A stretch of DNA of 49,943 bases, taken from a bacterium. GTDB taxonomy: Bacteria; Zhuqueibacterota; Zhuqueibacteria; Oceanimicrobiales; Oceanimicrobiaceae. The notes beneath the pieces are model-generated. The model was not told the DNA's origin and ran no database searches. It saw nothing but the letters and a program-made list of their open reading frames with translations. The translations under genes were made by a program, and so were the position numbers. The stretch covers positions 1 to 49,943 of the forward strand of contig JBHHYI010000009.1 of NCBI GenBank assembly GCA_046757525.1, written 5' to 3'. Of the stretch, positions 47,591 through 49,943 are shown in pieces. The first letter of the stretch is position 1; every line of letters begins with the position of its first letter.

Positions 47591-48316
47591 ATGATTGTCG
47601 CAGTGCACCAGCCGCAATTCATGCCCTGGCTCGGTTACTTCCACAAAATGCAGGCAGCCGACGTCTTTGTGCTCCTGGACAATGTGCAGTTCAAAAAGAA
47701 CGAGTGGCAAAACCGTAACCGCATCAAAACCGCTCAAGGGTGGCAGTGGCTGACCGTGCCAGTGCACCACCGGTTTGGTCAGAAGATTAACGAAACCAGG
47801 ATTTGCTACGGAAGTCCGTGGCACGCCAAGCACCTGAAATCGTTGGAGACAAACTACCGAAGATCTCCTTATTTTGAGGCTTATTTTGAAAGAATTTCTT
47901 CCATTTATGGTGAACATTTCCGGAGTCTTTCGGAGCTTAACATCTTGGTTATCAGGGAGCTGAGCGCTTTGCTGCATATTGACACGCCGCTCATCGTTGC
48001 CTCTGAATTGGGCGAATTTCCGGCTGATGCGGACGAGCGTCTGATCGAACTCACGCGATATTTTGGCGGCGACACTTATTTGGCGGGCGTCGGTGGCCTG
48101 AGCTACATGAACCTGGACAAATATAAGCGGGCCGGAATTTCGGTGAAGTTCCAGAGTTTCTTACACCCGCAATACCCGCAACTCTACGGCCAATTCTTTC
48201 CCGGCCTGTCGGTTGTTGATTTGCTGTTCAACTGCGGGGTAAGTAGTCTGCACATCCTAACCAAGGATAAGGAGGAGCTGTATGAACATTCTGGCAATTG
48301 GGTCCCATCCGGATGA
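47591..48316 (+). CDS. WbqC family protein
   Basis: HQPQFMPWLGYFHK, DNVQF....WQNRNRI, WLTVPV, YPQ...F.PGLSVVDLLFN.G. Confidence 0.93.
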   Translation: MIVAVHQPQFMPWLGYFHKMQAADVFVLLDNVQFKKNEWQNRNRIKTAQGWQWLTVPVHHRFGQKINETRICYGSPWHAKHLKSLETNYRRSPYFEAYFERISSIYGEHFRSLSELNILVIRELSALLHIDTPLIVASELGEFPADADERLIELTRYFGGDTYLAGVGGLSYMNLDKYKRAGISVKFQSFLHPQYPQLYGQFFPGLSVVDLLFNCGVSSLHILTKDKEELYEHSGNWVPSG

Positions 48317-48935
48317 TATTGAATACGGCTGTGGCGGCACCCTGATCAAATTCAACCAGGCCGGGCACAACGTGTTTTTATTCCTGGCCACCGACGGCAG
48401 ACTCGGTGGTGTTCCGGAGGAGCGGCGGCGGGAACAACTTCGTTCAGGTCGAATCATGGGTACGCAGAGGATCTTCTGGGGTGAGTACGAAGACACCCGC
48501 GTGCCGGTTGCGCCGGAGACCATCGAGAGAATTGAGAGAGTGATTCGAGACATCAAGCCCCAATATCTATTCGTGCACTTTCCGGATGATACGCATCAGG
48601 ATCACAGAGCGATTTCAAAGTGCGCTTTGTCTGCCGGCCGGTATGTTCCCAATTTCCTATTTTATGAAGGCCCCACAACGCAAAATTTTAATCCCACCAT
48701 CTTCGTAGACATTAAAGAGGTTCTGGAGGCGAAAATCGAGCTTTTAAGGGCGCATGCCTCCCAGGTCAGCAGAACGAATATCGTAGATCTCACGATTTTA
48801 GAGAGCGCAAAATCAAACGTAAATTTTCGTGGAATTCAGGGCAGGGTTAAATATGCGGAGGCTTTCGTTTCACAAAGAATGTTAATCGATATTCCTAACA
48901 ATGGTAATCATTCCACACTCACGACCCTGGCTTGA
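48282..48935 (+). CDS. PIG-L family N-deacetylase
   Basis: ILAIGSHPDDIEYGCGGT, R..EQ, DTHQDH, HASQ, YAEAF. Confidence 0.93.
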   Translation: MNILAIGSHPDDIEYGCGGTLIKFNQAGHNVFLFLATDGRLGGVPEERRREQLRSGRIMGTQRIFWGEYEDTRVPVAPETIERIERVIRDIKPQYLFVHFPDDTHQDHRAISKCALSAGRYVPNFLFYEGPTTQNFNPTIFVDIKEVLEAKIELLRAHASQVSRTNIVDLTILESAKSNVNFRGIQGRVKYAEAFVSQRMLIDIPNNGNHSTLTTLA

Positions 48936-49943
48936 CGAACACGATTCGCAGGCTGTGCAGGAAGTCTTGCACAGCGGCCAACTTGCCCAGGGCAGCAAGG
49001 TGCGTGAATTCGAAACGCGCATGGCGCAATTGATCGGCGTTCCGGATGCGGTGGCGGTCCACTCAGGCAGCGCTGCCCTGCACTTAGCCCTGCTGGCGTT
49101 GGGTGTGGGCGAAGGCGACCACGTCATCCTGCCGAGTTACGTTTGCAGCGCGCTCTTGAATGCAGTAAACGCTGTGAGGGCCGTGCCAATCGTAGTGGAC
49201 ATCGATCGTGAGACCTTCAACATCAGTAGCAAAGCAGTCGCTGACAAGATTTGCGAAAAGACCAAAGCCATCATCGTACCCCATCTTTTCGGAATGCCAG
49301 CGGACTTGGAGGCGCTGCGAAGATTTAACTTGCCTCTTATAGAAGACTGCGCTCAGGCATTAGGGTCCACCTATCAAAATCGGCCCGTAGGCAGTTGGGG
49401 GACGCTTGCGGTTTTCTCGTTTTATGCGACAAAAGTCATTACCACCGGGGAAGGGGGCATGGTCTTGAGCCAGTCGCGCGAACTGTTGGACAAAATTAGA
49501 GATCTAAGAGCATACGACAATCGGACCGAGTATCGCATGCGTTTCAACTATAAAATGACGGACTTGCAGGCCGCCCTGGGGATATCGCAGTTGTCCAAGT
49601 TGCCAAGAATCATTCAAAGGAGACGCACCATTGCCCGGCGCTATTTTCGTGAATTTGCCCAACTGCCGGTTCGGTGTCCTGCGGATTTGCTGGACCGCAC
49701 CCACATTTTTTACCGCTTTGTGGTTAAAGTCCGCGGCAGACTTGCCAACATTCTCAAGGAAAGCGCCAGCCAGGGCGTGCAATGCCAGCGGCCTGTGTTC
49801 CGGCCTTTGCATCGCTATCTGAACTTGCAGGGCTTTCCAGCGACAGACGCTGTTTACCAAAAAGCGCTATCGGTGCCGATTTATCCGGCACTGCGCGAAG
49901 AGGAGATCGACAAAATTATCGCCTGTGTGAGAGAAACCATTGG
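48901..49943 (+). CDS. DegT/DnrJ/EryC1/StrS sugar aminotransferase (C-terminus runs off right edge)
   Basis: Manual translation from ATG 48901: MVIIPHSRPWLD...SGQLAQG...HSGSAALHLAL...IEDCAQALG...FSFYATKVITTGEGG...FNYKMTDLQAALG. No stop before the window end; absent from the ORF track. Confidence 0.92.
   Translation, partial: MVIIPHSRPWLDEHDSQAVQEVLHSGQLAQGSKVREFETRMAQLIGVPDAVAVHSGSAALHLALLALGVGEGDHVILPSYVCSALLNAVNAVRAVPIVVDIDRETFNISSKAVADKICEKTKAIIVPHLFGMPADLEALRRFNLPLIEDCAQALGSTYQNRPVGSWGTLAVFSFYATKVITTGEGGMVLSQSRELLDKIRDLRAYDNRTEYRMRFNYKMTDLQAALGISQLSKLPRIIQRRRTIARRYFREFAQLPVRCPADLLDRTHIFYRFVVKVRGRLANILKESASQGVQCQRPVFRPLHRYLNLQGFPATDAVYQKALSVPIYPALREEEIDKIIACVRETI

Overview
Bacterial chromosomal window; the taxon cannot be determined from sequence alone. 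1-5.2 kb holds housekeeping-type genes: a partial Gfo/Idh/MocA (iolG-like) dehydrogenase, an SRAP peptidase, an S9 peptidase and a molybdopterin oxidoreductase, with a candidate ~157-nt structured RNA behind a strong sigma70 promoter. From 6.0 kb to the right edge, every credible gene is on the + strand and together they form one large surface-glycan locus. It starts with a signalling block: two soluble REC-PAS/GAF histidine kinases, an NtrC-type activator with a downstream sigma54 promoter plus IHF site, a degenerate REC-HD-GYP protein and a stand-alone REC. It also carries an ExeA-like ATPase and a nucleotidyltransferase / HPr-kinase-like / lasso-B2-like transglutaminase trio with no lasso cyclase. 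Export genes are Wza, a Wzc carrying an extra TM and two SPOR-like domains, Wzy/WaaL and Wzm/Wzt. Tailoring genes include nine glycosyltransferases, two radical SAM enzymes, three DegT aminotransferases, a methyltransferase plus a remnant, WbqC and a PIG-L deacetylase. Four intergenic regions (5.26-5.75, 27.19-27.65, 42.41-42.82 and 44.10-44.84 kb) are mosaics of the same palindromic repeat modules, with conserved module order, nesting and shared terminal inverted repeats, but no transposase lies in the window. All protein calls come from motif reading by eye; no database searches were run.
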